DNA of 37,268 bases. Origin: Candidatus Udaeobacter sp. (GTDB lineage Bacteria > Verrucomicrobiota > Verrucomicrobiia > Chthoniobacterales > UBA10450). The translations under genes and the position numbers were made by a program. The notes below the pieces were generated by a model. It saw nothing but the letters and a program-made list of their open reading frames with translations, searched no databases and had not been told where the DNA came from. The stretch covers positions 1-37,268 of the forward strand of contig DATARG010000164.1 of NCBI GenBank assembly GCA_036264275.1. The letters run 5' to 3'. This document shows, piece after piece, positions 19,108-27,290 of the stretch (the first letter of the stretch is position 1; each line of letters begins with the position of its first letter).

Positions 19108-19896
19108 ATGAAACACTTTGTAATTTGGCTGTTGTTCGTTGCGAGCTCGGTGCTTGGAGCTGAAGAGGTCAAAGATTTCGGCCGTGACCGGCTTAACAGC
19201 TCGCCTCGACATGGGGAGTGGGTTGATATCAAAACCGGTCAGCGAACAGTTAAAGCGTTCGTTGTTTACCCCGAGAGCAAAGACAAAGCGCCAGCGGTGC
19301 TGGTAATCAGCGAAATTTTCGGCCTGACAGATTGGGTCCGCAGTCTCTGCGATCAATTGGCCGAGAATGGCGTCATTGCCGTGGCGCCAGATCTACTTAC
19401 CGGGCAAAAATTCGAAGACGTCGATGCTGCGCGCAAAGCAATCTCGGCCTTGCCACAAGAGCATGTAAAGGGCGATCTCGACGCAACATCAGATTATGTG
19501 TTGACGAAAATTCCGTCGTGCAACGGTACGCTCGCAGTGTGCGGCTTCTGCTGGGGCGGGGGAGTCACGTTCGCGTACGCGAATGAAAATCCGAAACTGA
19601 AAGCTGCGTATTCATTTTACGGTGTGGCGGCGGATTCGGCAGACAAAGTGAAAAACATTGCGTGCCCAGTCTATGGTTTTTATGCCGAGAACGATGAACG
19701 CGTAGATGCAACCGTTCCGAAGGCCGAAGAGTTAATGAAAGCCGCCGGGAAAAAGTATGAGCCGGTGATTTACAAGGGCGCTGGCCACGGTTTTATGCGC
19801 TCCGGCGAACCAACCAATCCTGCCGTTCGCGAAGCCGACCGAAAAGCCCGCGACGAAACGTGGGTTCGCTGGAAACATTTACTAAAACAATTGTGA
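19108..19896 (+). CDS. dienelactone hydrolase family protein (secreted)
   Basis: 262-aa ORF with a signal peptide, nucleophile motif CGFCWGGG and histidine motif GAGHGF. Confidence 0.85.
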   Translation: MKHFVIWLLFVASSVLGAEEVKDFGRDRLNSSPRHGEWVDIKTGQRTVKAFVVYPESKDKAPAVLVISEIFGLTDWVRSLCDQLAENGVIAVAPDLLTGQKFEDVDAARKAISALPQEHVKGDLDATSDYVLTKIPSCNGTLAVCGFCWGGGVTFAYANENPKLKAAYSFYGVAADSADKVKNIACPVYGFYAENDERVDATVPKAEELMKAAGKKYEPVIYKGAGHGFMRSGEPTNPAVREADRKARDETWVRWKHLLKQL

Positions 19897-19934
19897 CCGA
19901 ATTAGACCCGAAAATTGGGTCGAATTCGTTAGGC
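19897..19934 (+). repeat. truncated attC or attI-type junction forming the left boundary of the array
   Basis: Short hairpin CGAATT-AGACCC-gaaaatt-GGGTC-GAATTCG ending in GTTAGGC (19928-19934). TTAGGC is the exact complement of GCCTAA at attC1. No convincing R'' box is present. Confidence 0.35.
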
Positions 19935-19936
19935 GT

Positions 19937-20389
19937 ATGAAACACGCGCTCCTCCTTCTGGCTCTTGTGCCGACAGTGGGTTTTGCCCGGCGCGCCCGAT
20001 AAACCAGTGAAGACCGCCGGCCAACAGGCTTACGGCGCGCTGAAGAAAGCAGAAGCGCCCTACATTGCGAAGGCACGCGCGACATATCCCGCCGCGAAGA
20101 AGCGCTATCTGGCTGGCCTGCCACCAAGTATCAATTTGAGGTTCGCAAGCGGCTAACGGATTCGGACGGCGGCGCCTTCGAAGAGGTCTTCGTTGAAGTC
20201 GAGGCCGTCAAAGATGGAAAAGTCTACGGTCGCATCGGTAGCGAGTTGGGTGCGGTCCGGTCGTATCGTCAATGGCAGCGCATTTCGTTTCCTGAGTCGG
20301 ATGTTCTCGATTGCACCATTGTTCATCCAGACGGGCATGAGGAAGGCAATTATGTTGGGAAGTTCATCGACACATACAAGCCCGAATAG
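19937..20389 (+). pseudogene. DUF2314-like secreted protein, cassette 1, disrupted by two compensating frameshifts
   Basis: ATG 19937 gives the signal peptide MKHALLLLALVPTVGFA, then TAA at 20000. Protein-like reading continues in another frame (ORF 19965..20156: PGAPDKPVKTAGQQAY...AAKKRYLAGLPP). It returns to the first frame near 20120 (KYQFEVRKRLTDSDGGAFEEVFVEVEAVKDGKVYGRIG...GNYVGKFIDTYKPE, stop 20387-20389). Confidence 0.5.
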
Positions 20390-20511
20390 GCCTAACCAAG
20401 CGCTGGATCGAACCGCTGACCGGCGTGAAAATTGCTTTCGATGACTTCAACGCTGAAATCCGAAGCACAACTAGTTCTTATCACCGGTCGCTCAGCTTGG
20501 TCTCGTTAGCC
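20390..20511 (+). repeat. attC site 1
   Basis: GCCTAAC-CAAGCGCTGGATCGAAC ... GGTCGCTCAGCTTGGTCTC-GTTAGCC, 122 bp. It starts directly after the cassette-1 stop and ends 2 nt before the next ATG. Confidence 0.8.
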
Positions 20512-20513
20512 GT

Positions 20514-20792
20514 ATGAACCGCATTCGGGCTTTACTAGAACAGCTACGCGACGAGCTAAGCGATGGCAACGAGCACCGATTCGCGGGCGATGTTGACGCG
20601 GCGCTCGCTTCCTGTGATGCCACAGTGGCAGCTTTTGTTATGTCGGACGAGCTTTGGGGTGGTGCTGGTTCGATCGCCGACCAAGCATTGTGCGGGAGAT
20701 CACCCGCACGTCGCCAACTCGAGCAGTTGCTCATTGAGCTTGGACGCGAGCAAATGGCGAGAGGCTACAGAAACCCTCGGGCAGAAGTGTAG
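20514..20792 (+). CDS. hypothetical 92-aa cassette protein (possibly truncated)
   Basis: ATG lies 2 nt after attC1. The predicted soluble helical protein contains ELWGGAGSIADQA. After the TAG at 20790 the same frame stays open for 14 more codons to a TAA at 20835. 120 bp of apparently non-coding DNA follow. Confidence 0.55.
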   Translation: MNRIRALLEQLRDELSDGNEHRFAGDVDAALASCDATVAAFVMSDELWGGAGSIADQALCGRSPARRQLEQLLIELGREQMARGYRNPRAEV

Positions 20793-20911
20793 ACATCAGT
20801 CTTTAAAACCAGTCTGGTCAACTCAGCTCAGTAATGTTGGAGCGACGGTTGTGGTGATCTGTGTAATTGTCTTCCCGATTGCCTATCCTGGTATGCGATC
20901 ACACAAAAAAC

Positions 20912-21007
20912 ATCTGACCCATCGATGAAGCCGACGGCCCCATCGCGAAACAACTGCGATATGATCGCCATGACGCCCTGCCGTGGCTTATCCATGTCTC
21001 ATTAGAT
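20912..21007 (+). repeat. attC site 2, degenerate
   Basis: ATCTGAC-CCATCGATGAAGCCGAC ... CCGTGGCTTATCCATGTCTC-ATTAGAT, 96 bp. Inner arms are conserved, but AAC has become GAC and GTT has become ATT, so both conserved triplets are lost. Confidence 0.6.
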
Positions 21008-21061
21008 GATTGATGCGGAGCTGAATCGCTAGTAGAAAGAGCGGATTCACAAAAAACTTTG

Positions 21062-21559
21062 ATGAATGTGGAAACGATCAATGTCTGGGCGCAGCTAATC
21101 GCGTCGATCGGCGTCATCGTTTCCCTCTTTTATGTGGCGGCGCAGGTCCGGCAAAACACGCGCTCTTCACGCGCGGTTGTGGTCGATTCGCTTGCCAGAT
21201 CGATGCATGACCTTGCCATTCAGATGGCGCAAAATGACCAACTTTTGACGACTGCCAGCATGTTGAAAGACTGGAGCAACGCGTCGGAAATGGAGAGAGC
21301 GCGGTATGCATCTTTTATGCTGGGTTATTTCAAGCTATTCGAGAATGGATGGTTCCAGATGCGTCAAGGGACGCTCGAACGCGATCAATGGGAAGGGTAC
21401 GACGCATTCTTGCGCACGGTTTGGATGGTACCAACAGTCAAGACATGGTGGTCCATGAGGCGAACGTTCTTCGCGCCCGGATTTCGGAAGTACGTCGAGA
21501 ACCTCAAAGAAGCGCCCGGTGTCCCTTCACTCACTCAGCTTACGCGAACTGAAAAGTGA
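21062..21559 (+). CDS. uncharacterised N-terminally membrane-anchored protein, cassette 3 (paralogue A)
   Basis: 165 aa from ATG 21062 (the track begins at TTG 21059). One TM helix, WAQLIASIGVIVSLFYVAAQVRQNT, followed by a helical soluble domain. No family recognised. Confidence 0.75.
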   Translation: MNVETINVWAQLIASIGVIVSLFYVAAQVRQNTRSSRAVVVDSLARSMHDLAIQMAQNDQLLTTASMLKDWSNASEMERARYASFMLGYFKLFENGWFQMRQGTLERDQWEGYDAFLRTVWMVPTVKTWWSMRRTFFAPGFRKYVENLKEAPGVPSLTQLTRTEK

Positions 21560-21570
21560 TAACACAGAAC

Positions 21571-21678
21571 ATCTAACCAGGCGATGAAGCCAATCGCGGA
21601 CCGTCCGTAGGCGCAGTTTGTTCTGTTATGAATGTTACTCTCAATTCGCGCTGTGGCTGATCTTGAGTTTCGTTAGGT
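21571..21678 (+). repeat. attC site 3
   Basis: ATCTAAC-CAGGCGATGAAGCCAAT ... CTGTGGCTGATCTTGAGTTTC-GTTAGGT, 108 bp. Confidence 0.85.
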
Positions 21679-21697
21679 CTACAGAACGTTAAGACCG

Positions 21698-22165
21698 ATG
21701 TCGTTCGAACAAATATCCTATCTCGCACAAATTGTTGCCTCGGTGGCCGTGGTGGCTTCTTTGATCTTTGTTGCTTTACAGATCAAACAAAATACGGCCG
21801 CCCTCCAACGGAACGAACACAACTCCACCATGGAACAGTGGACTGTGATCCGCATGGCTATCGCGAAGCATCGCGACATCGCGGAGTTGATGACCTCCGG
21901 CCTTCATGGGGACAACCCGCTGGACGCAGCCGATCAGCTTCGATTGGAACAAATGTTGCAGGAAAACGCCTGGGCGGCCTTTCACATTTGGGACAGAACG
22001 CAGCGCGGAATCTTCCCGAAGGGGACTTTCGAAGAGACCGGTGGCGCACTCTTGGACACTTTGCTCAGAACGCCGGGTGGCGACACCCGGTGGCGCAAAG
22101 CCAAGCATATTGGCTTCCCTCCTGCGTTCGTCTCGGACGTGGACACCGCGCTCGGCAAGACCTAA
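21698..22165 (+). CDS. uncharacterised N-terminally membrane-anchored protein, cassette 4 (paralogue B)
   Basis: 155-aa ORF with TM helix LAQIVASVAVVASLIFVALQIKQNT, 13/26 identical to the cassette-3 anchor. The TAA stop is embedded in the ACCTAAC of attC4. Confidence 0.75.
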   Translation: MSFEQISYLAQIVASVAVVASLIFVALQIKQNTAALQRNEHNSTMEQWTVIRMAIAKHRDIAELMTSGLHGDNPLDAADQLRLEQMLQENAWAAFHIWDRTQRGIFPKGTFEETGGALLDTLLRTPGGDTRWRKAKHIGFPPAFVSDVDTALGKT

Positions 22166-22267
22166 CCAAGCGATGGAGCCAACAGCGAACCGTCCGTGTG
22201 CCCAGCTTTCTCTGTTTATGAACGCCACTTATAACTCGCGCGGTAGCTCATCTTGTTCTCGTTAGGC
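22160..22267 (+). repeat. attC site 4
   Basis: ACCTAAC-CAAGCGATGGAGCCAAC ... GCGGTAGCTCATCTTGTTCTC-GTTAGGC, 108 bp. Roughly three-quarters identical to attC3 by eye, including the central loop. Confidence 0.85.
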
Positions 22268-22293
22268 CTCGCGCGCACACTTCAGGAGACCTC

Positions 22294-22668
22294 ATGTTTG
22301 ACCACGTCAAATTCGGAGTCAGCAACTATGCCGCGAGCAAAGCGTTCTTCCTCAAGGCACTCGAACCTCTCGACGTATCTGTTGTCTCGGAGGGGGCGCC
22401 GACGTACGGCGTCGAGCTTAGCCCAAAGGGCAAGGCTTCATTGTGCCTTTACCAAACCGAGGAGAAGGCGGCGCATCTTCACTTGGCGTTCAGGGCCGAG
22501 AATCGCCAGCAAGTCGAAGCTTTCTATCGCGCGGCTCTGGAGGCGGGTGGCAAAGACAATGGTGCGCCTGGCCTGTGCCCGGAATACCACGCGAATTACT
22601 ATGCAGCTTTCGTCATCGATCCAGACGGGCACAACATCGAAGTGGTTTGCCACGAACCCGAGGCCTAA
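22294..22668 (+). CDS. VOC family (glyoxalase/bleomycin-resistance/dioxygenase fold) protein, cassette 5
   Basis: 124-aa ORF: MFDHVKFGVSN...HLHLAF...AAFVIDPDGHNIEVVCH. An AGGAGA RBS lies 6 nt upstream of the ATG. The TAA stop is embedded in the GCCTAAC of attC5. Confidence 0.8.
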   Translation: MFDHVKFGVSNYAASKAFFLKALEPLDVSVVSEGAPTYGVELSPKGKASLCLYQTEEKAAHLHLAFRAENRQQVEAFYRAALEAGGKDNGAPGLCPEYHANYYAAFVIDPDGHNIEVVCHEPEA

Positions 22669-22785
22669 CCAATCGATGGAGCCAACTCCGAAAGCGTTCG
22701 CGCGTAGGCTTGCCCATTTCATGGCGATACAACTTCAGCGTGTTTTCCACGACCCCGTGCCGTGGCTCATCTGTTCTCGTTAGAC
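22663..22785 (+). repeat. attC site 5 (last site of the array)
   Basis: GCCTAAC-CAATCGATGGAGCCAAC ... CCGTGGCTCATCTGTTCTC-GTTAGAC, 123 bp. Confidence 0.85.
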
Positions 22786-22865
22786 CCATGCAGCGCTTCG
22801 AATACGTGATCGCTGTATAATGGCAATTCTGGCATTCCGAGCACAGCCGAGAAGTCCGATTGCCG

Positions 22866-24274
22866 TTACCACCAATAGATCTGCCCAATCTTTCCATCGC
22901 TGTTTGTTGCGACAGAAAGCCAGTACCAATTTCCTCCAAGGGTCAGCTTGTATCGCCGAATTTCGCCGTCTCGTTTCTGCTCGCGGTCAGAGAAAACAAA
23001 CGAGCCTAACGCGCCATGCTCCGCGAACCATTGCCAGAACGCCTTGCTTGTCGCTGTGTTTAGAAACAGACGCATCGGCGCCCTAAATACCGCTGGTTCG
23101 TAATCGCCCTTCAACAACCCGGACACTATTTGCTTGGCTTTCGCCGTGGTCATCGGATCCGGATCAGATTTCGGTTCTGGCCGCTTCAAAATTGGCAAAC
23201 AGATGCCGGCGATATCGATAGCTAATTCATCGATGATCATGTCGCTATGATTCGTGAGAATGATGATTGTTAGTTTGTCATCGATGAATCGATAGATGAC
23301 TGACGAAAACCCCGGTGTTCCGCCGCTGTGCTGGACCAGACGATGGCCATGATAGCTGTCAACGAACCAGCCGAAGCCATAATTGAATGATGCGTCCGCG
23401 CCATCATTGGTTGCCGTGGCCGTCCAGATTTGATCGAGGCTGGACCTACTCAGCAATTTTTCACCCGAAAGCGCTGCGTCCCATTTCACCATATCCTCAA
23501 CGGTGGAAATAAGACTTCCCGCTGAGAACGCGATTGCTGGGAGGAGAATTGGCCGGTTCTCGAAACGATCGTTTTTCCATTCGTATCCTGAGGCGCGGTT
23601 CGGAACGAGCGGTTTCGGATCGGTGCTGCGTGTCGCCGCCATGCCAAGGGGCTTGAAGATGCGTTCGTCCACAAATTGCCAGTAAGATTTGCCGCTGACC
23701 TTCTCGATGATTATTCCAAGTAAATAATAACCGGTGTTATCGTACGCCCAGGTTTCGCCTGGTTGAAACTCAAGAGGCAATTTGAAAAACATCTTGAGCA
23801 GTTCATCGCGGGCCGGACTTGTTTCAAAGCCAAGGTCAGTTTTGAAAACGTCTAACCAGTGCGGAACGGCAACATGATTTTGAATTCCGGAGGTGTGAGT
23901 GAGCAGATGCCGAATTGTGATGTGCGCCACGCTTGTGGTGCTTCCGGAAAATATTCTGTGATGGGATCTTCAAGATGAAGCTTGCCGTTCTGAACCAGCA
24001 TCATGATCGCAGCGGCGGTAAACTGTTTGGTATTCGAGCCGATTTCATAAACCGTCTCTCTTGTCGCGTTCGCTCTTAACTCGAGATTCGCGAATCCGTA
24101 TCCCTGCGCTTTTGCGATTCGGCCGTCGCGAACAATCGCAAGCGAAAGGCCAGGGATATGCAACTGGCGCATCCGTGCCGAAACGTAATCGTCAATGTTG
24201 TCGGCTTTGGCAGAGATTGCCGCGCAAAAACCAATTAAAAGCGCGACAACGGCTGCACGGGACGCGACGGCCAT
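22866..24274 (-). pseudogene. serine hydrolase (class C beta-lactamase-related), split by one frameshift
   Basis: N-terminal ORF (23852..24370; likely ATG at 24274 with a signal peptide) carries SxxK (YEIGSNTKQF). C-terminal ORF (22866..23930) carries YxN (WAYDNTGYY). The reading frames meet at ...PEAPQAW / AHITIRHLLTHTSG around 23925-23933. Confidence 0.65.
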
Positions 24275-24284
24275 CTGAATCGAA

Positions 24285-26402
24285 TTACTGCCTGGCGCCT
24301 TGCAATTCGTCGGCGAGCGCGCCTGCATCGTAGACCTTTCGGAGCGCCTCAATAATCGCCGCGGAATCAACTGAAACCGCGCGGGCTTGCGTGTCCGTGA
24401 AAATGCAATCGTTCACCAGCGATTGAATGTTGCCGTCGAAAATAATGCCGACGAATTCGTTTGCCTTGTTCACCACCGGACTTCCGCTGTTGCCGCCAAT
24501 AATGTCAGCGTCGGAGACGAAATCGAATTTCGTCGGCAGATTAAGGATCGATTTTTTGTCGAGCCAGTGTTTCGGCAGATCAAATGGCGGCCGATTGTCG
24601 TGTTCGGTCGCTCGCTGATATAAACCGGCAAAATCGGTGAACGCAGGAATTTGTTTTCCGTCCTGCTCGTACCCGCGCACCGTTCCGTAGGAGAGCCGCA
24701 GGGTGAAAGTCGCATCGGGGTAACTGCTCGTGCCTTCAATGGCAAACCGCGCCTTCGCAATGTCTGCGTAGGCCTGTTTTTTGATTTCATCCTGCGCATT
24801 ATAAATCTTTCGCGTTTCTCTCGCTTGAGCATCAATCATGCGAGCGAGATCGATCATCGGATCGCGTGCGGCCTGTAGCGCAGCCGCATCCTTGCGGTAG
24901 AGATCTTTGCGGACAGTTGCGTCCTTGAGCTTTGTGCCAGTTACAAGCTCCACTGCACGCGCATGCGGCGACTTTCCAGTCAGCACTTTCTTCACCAACG
25001 GATTATCTGCGCCGAATGCCGTAGCAAAATCGGTCAGTGAATCCGTCAGTCGCAAGATCTCGTAATCGTCGTAGATCGGTTCGTCGGAAAACAGTTCCAG
25101 TTCCAGCGATTCGCGTGCGCTATCGCGAAACATCGGAATCCGTTCTCCGTTCGGTTTCGCGCGTTCATTGGCTGCTCGCAGAAGCACCCGCGCGTATTTG
25201 AAAAGATTGCCCGCTAATGCTCGCGGGCCGCGGTAGCCAACGCTGACCGGCCGTTCCTGCTCGACGTAATTGTATACTGGCGCGTTCTTCGCGATCTCAT
25301 CCTGAGCGCGTTTGATTCGGTCGTAAGCAGAAACTGTGGATTTGAATTTTGAATCGCGCGCAATCGCCTCCCGCAGTTTTCGTTCGCGCGCTTCTAACTC
25401 CGACCAGATTTGCGGATCAAGCAGTCCAGCCAGATAACCGTCGTAACGTTTCCGATTATTTTGCTCGCCAAACAAGTCCTCGCGCGCTGTGCGTGCGTTC
25501 TCGAATGAACGCCAGCTGTAGGTCGATTCCAGGACTTCGCGACGGTAAAACAAGCTCAGGACATAAGGCATATAGCGGTCGCGCATGTCGGCCATTTCAC
25601 CCAAAGTGAGTTGCCGATCGGTTTTGCCGGGGCTGCCGCTTACGAAGGTAAGTTCGCCGTCACCTGGCCCATTGGAATTGAATTTGAGAAAATGCTCGAT
25701 CTTCGCCGGCTGGCCATTTTCGTACACCCGAAAAAGACAGATATCGAGGTCGTACCGAGGATATTCGAAGTTGTCAGGATCACCGCCGAAAAAGGCCATT
25801 TGCTGCTCCGGCGCGAAGACCAGGCGCACGTCGTCATAACGTTTGTACCGATAAAGATGATAGGCACCGCCCTGGTATAATGTGACTACATCCGATCGCA
25901 ACCCGGTTTTATCTTTGCTTTCCTTTTCAATGGCAGCGATAGCGGCATTGCGCGCGCCGGAAGCCTGATCGCTTGTCATCCCTGGTTTAACCGCGCTGGT
26001 GACGCGCTCGGTTACATCCTCGATGGACATCAATACGTTCAGCTCCAGATCCGTGGACTTGATCTCATCGCCCTGCGTTTTCGCATAGAAACCGTCCCGG
26101 AGATAATTGTGCTCGGCGCTGCCAATCTTCTGCAAGGTGTCGGCGCCGACGTGATGATTTGTAATGACGAGCCCGTTCGGCGAAACGAAGGATCCGCTTC
26201 CGCCGGAGTTGAAGCGCACGCTGGCCTTTTGCAAATGTTCAAGCCACTGCGGCGACGGCTCGAACTGATATTTCTCTTTGAGTTGCTTCAGCGGCGGCGC
26301 GTTGAAAAGCCACATGCCTTCATCGGCAAATGCGGAGGCGGTCACTCCGACAACAAGGAGCAACAATGAGCAACTAAGCTGAAGGCGAAACGGCTTGTAC
26401 AT
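24285..26402 (-). CDS. S46 family peptidase (dipeptidyl-peptidase 7/11-like)
   Basis: Signal peptide from ATG 26402 (the track starts at GTG 26426). Mature N-terminus ADEGMWLF, catalytic His ITNHHVG and Ser GGNSGSPV. Confidence 0.88.
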   Translation of the reverse strand: MYKPFRLQLSCSLLLLVVGVTASAFADEGMWLFNAPPLKQLKEKYQFEPSPQWLEHLQKASVRFNSGGSGSFVSPNGLVITNHHVGADTLQKIGSAEHNYLRDGFYAKTQGDEIKSTDLELNVLMSIEDVTERVTSAVKPGMTSDQASGARNAAIAAIEKESKDKTGLRSDVVTLYQGGAYHLYRYKRYDDVRLVFAPEQQMAFFGGDPDNFEYPRYDLDICLFRVYENGQPAKIEHFLKFNSNGPGDGELTFVSGSPGKTDRQLTLGEMADMRDRYMPYVLSLFYRREVLESTYSWRSFENARTAREDLFGEQNNRKRYDGYLAGLLDPQIWSELEARERKLREAIARDSKFKSTVSAYDRIKRAQDEIAKNAPVYNYVEQERPVSVGYRGPRALAGNLFKYARVLLRAANERAKPNGERIPMFRDSARESLELELFSDEPIYDDYEILRLTDSLTDFATAFGADNPLVKKVLTGKSPHARAVELVTGTKLKDATVRKDLYRKDAAALQAARDPMIDLARMIDAQARETRKIYNAQDEIKKQAYADIAKARFAIEGTSSYPDATFTLRLSYGTVRGYEQDGKQIPAFTDFAGLYQRATEHDNRPPFDLPKHWLDKKSILNLPTKFDFVSDADIIGGNSGSPVVNKANEFVGIIFDGNIQSLVNDCIFTDTQARAVSVDSAAIIEALRKVYDAGALADELQGARQ

Positions 26403-26501
26403 GCGCGAATCATAGAGGGCACGCACAAGTGGGACAACTACCGGCTTCGGTTCTAGGCCAACTTACGAGCGAACCTGTCAGCTTCCCCTACAGGCTTCGC
26501 G

Positions 26502-27278
26502 ATGTACATTTCGGCGATGTTTCGGACCAAGCGTCGCAAAATTAAGCGCCTCGATTTCATTCTAGCCGGCGCGCAAAAATCCGGTACGACAGCGCTGCAC
26601 TATTTTCTGAGCAGACATCCCGACATCTGCATGGGCGATCAGCAGGAAATCCATTTTTTCGATAATGACGCGATGTTCTTTGCTGAACCCAATTATGAGG
26701 AATTGCACAAGCACTATCCGCCGATTGGTTCCTCGACAATCACTGGTGACTGCACACCGAGTTACATGTATCACGAGCCGACAATGCAACGGATTTGGAA
26801 TTACGATCCGAAGATTAAATTGCTGATTCTCCTGCGAAATCCGGTCGAGCGAGCGTTTGCCCATTGGAATATGCAGCGATGCAGAGGCCGCGAGCCTCTG
26901 GACTTTTTCGACGCAATTCGAGAAGAAAAAACGCGCATTGCTGGCGCGCCGCCGGCTGAAGCCCGCCGTTTTGCGTACCTCGAGCGCGGATTTTATGGAC
27001 GCCAGCTCGAACGCATCTTCAAATTTTTCCCGCGCGAGCAAATCAAGGCCGTGAAGTTCGACGACTTCAAAACTCACCAGCGGCAAATGCTGGCCTCGAT
27101 CTTCTTATTCCTTGGCCGCAAACCTGTGCGTTCATTGCGCAACAAAGACAGAAACGTTGTGCCGTACGAACGCGCGATGAACTGGGAGGAGCGCGTTTTC
27201 CTTTACAACCTTTTCGCAGAAGACATCGGCAAAGTAGAGCAACTGCTTGGCTGGGATTGCTCAGATTGGAAATTGTGA
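26502..27278 (+). CDS. sulfotransferase family protein
   Basis: 258-aa ORF with a PAPS 5'-phosphosulfate loop ILAGAQKSGTTAL and a 3'-phosphate motif LLILLRNPVERAFAHW. Confidence 0.82.
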   Translation: MYISAMFRTKRRKIKRLDFILAGAQKSGTTALHYFLSRHPDICMGDQQEIHFFDNDAMFFAEPNYEELHKHYPPIGSSTITGDCTPSYMYHEPTMQRIWNYDPKIKLLILLRNPVERAFAHWNMQRCRGREPLDFFDAIREEKTRIAGAPPAEARRFAYLERGFYGRQLERIFKFFPREQIKAVKFDDFKTHQRQMLASIFLFLGRKPVRSLRNKDRNVVPYERAMNWEERVFLYNLFAEDIGKVEQLLGWDCSDWKL

Positions 27279-27290
27279 TTTCTCCCCAGA

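Larger units (their letters stand above)
19897..22785 (+). mobile_element. integron-type gene cassette array without integrase in the window (CALIN-like)
   Basis: Five co-oriented units, each an ORF followed by a 96-123 bp RYYYAAC...GTTRRRY imperfect palindrome. The TTRRRY hexamer upstream of four of the five cassettes is the exact reverse complement of that cassette's own downstream RYYYAA. See the individual attC entries. Confidence 0.85.

Noticed and set aside
22253-22783. 176-aa ORF, plus 21906..22265, 22443..22820 and 22613..22939, all running across the attC sites
   Set aside because: They read straight through attC palindromes (giving ...PNQAMEPTANRP...-type peptides). They overlap better-supported cassette ORFs in other frames and have an arginine/serine-rich junk composition.
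23850-23856. GTCTAAC, the exact complement of the last R' box (GTTAGAC at 22779), as a possible sixth attC
   Set aside because: It lies inside coherent coding sequence of the minus-strand serine hydrolase (PHWLDVF). It has no partner GTTRRRY or conserved inner arms. A given 7-mer is expected about twice per strand in 37 kb by chance.
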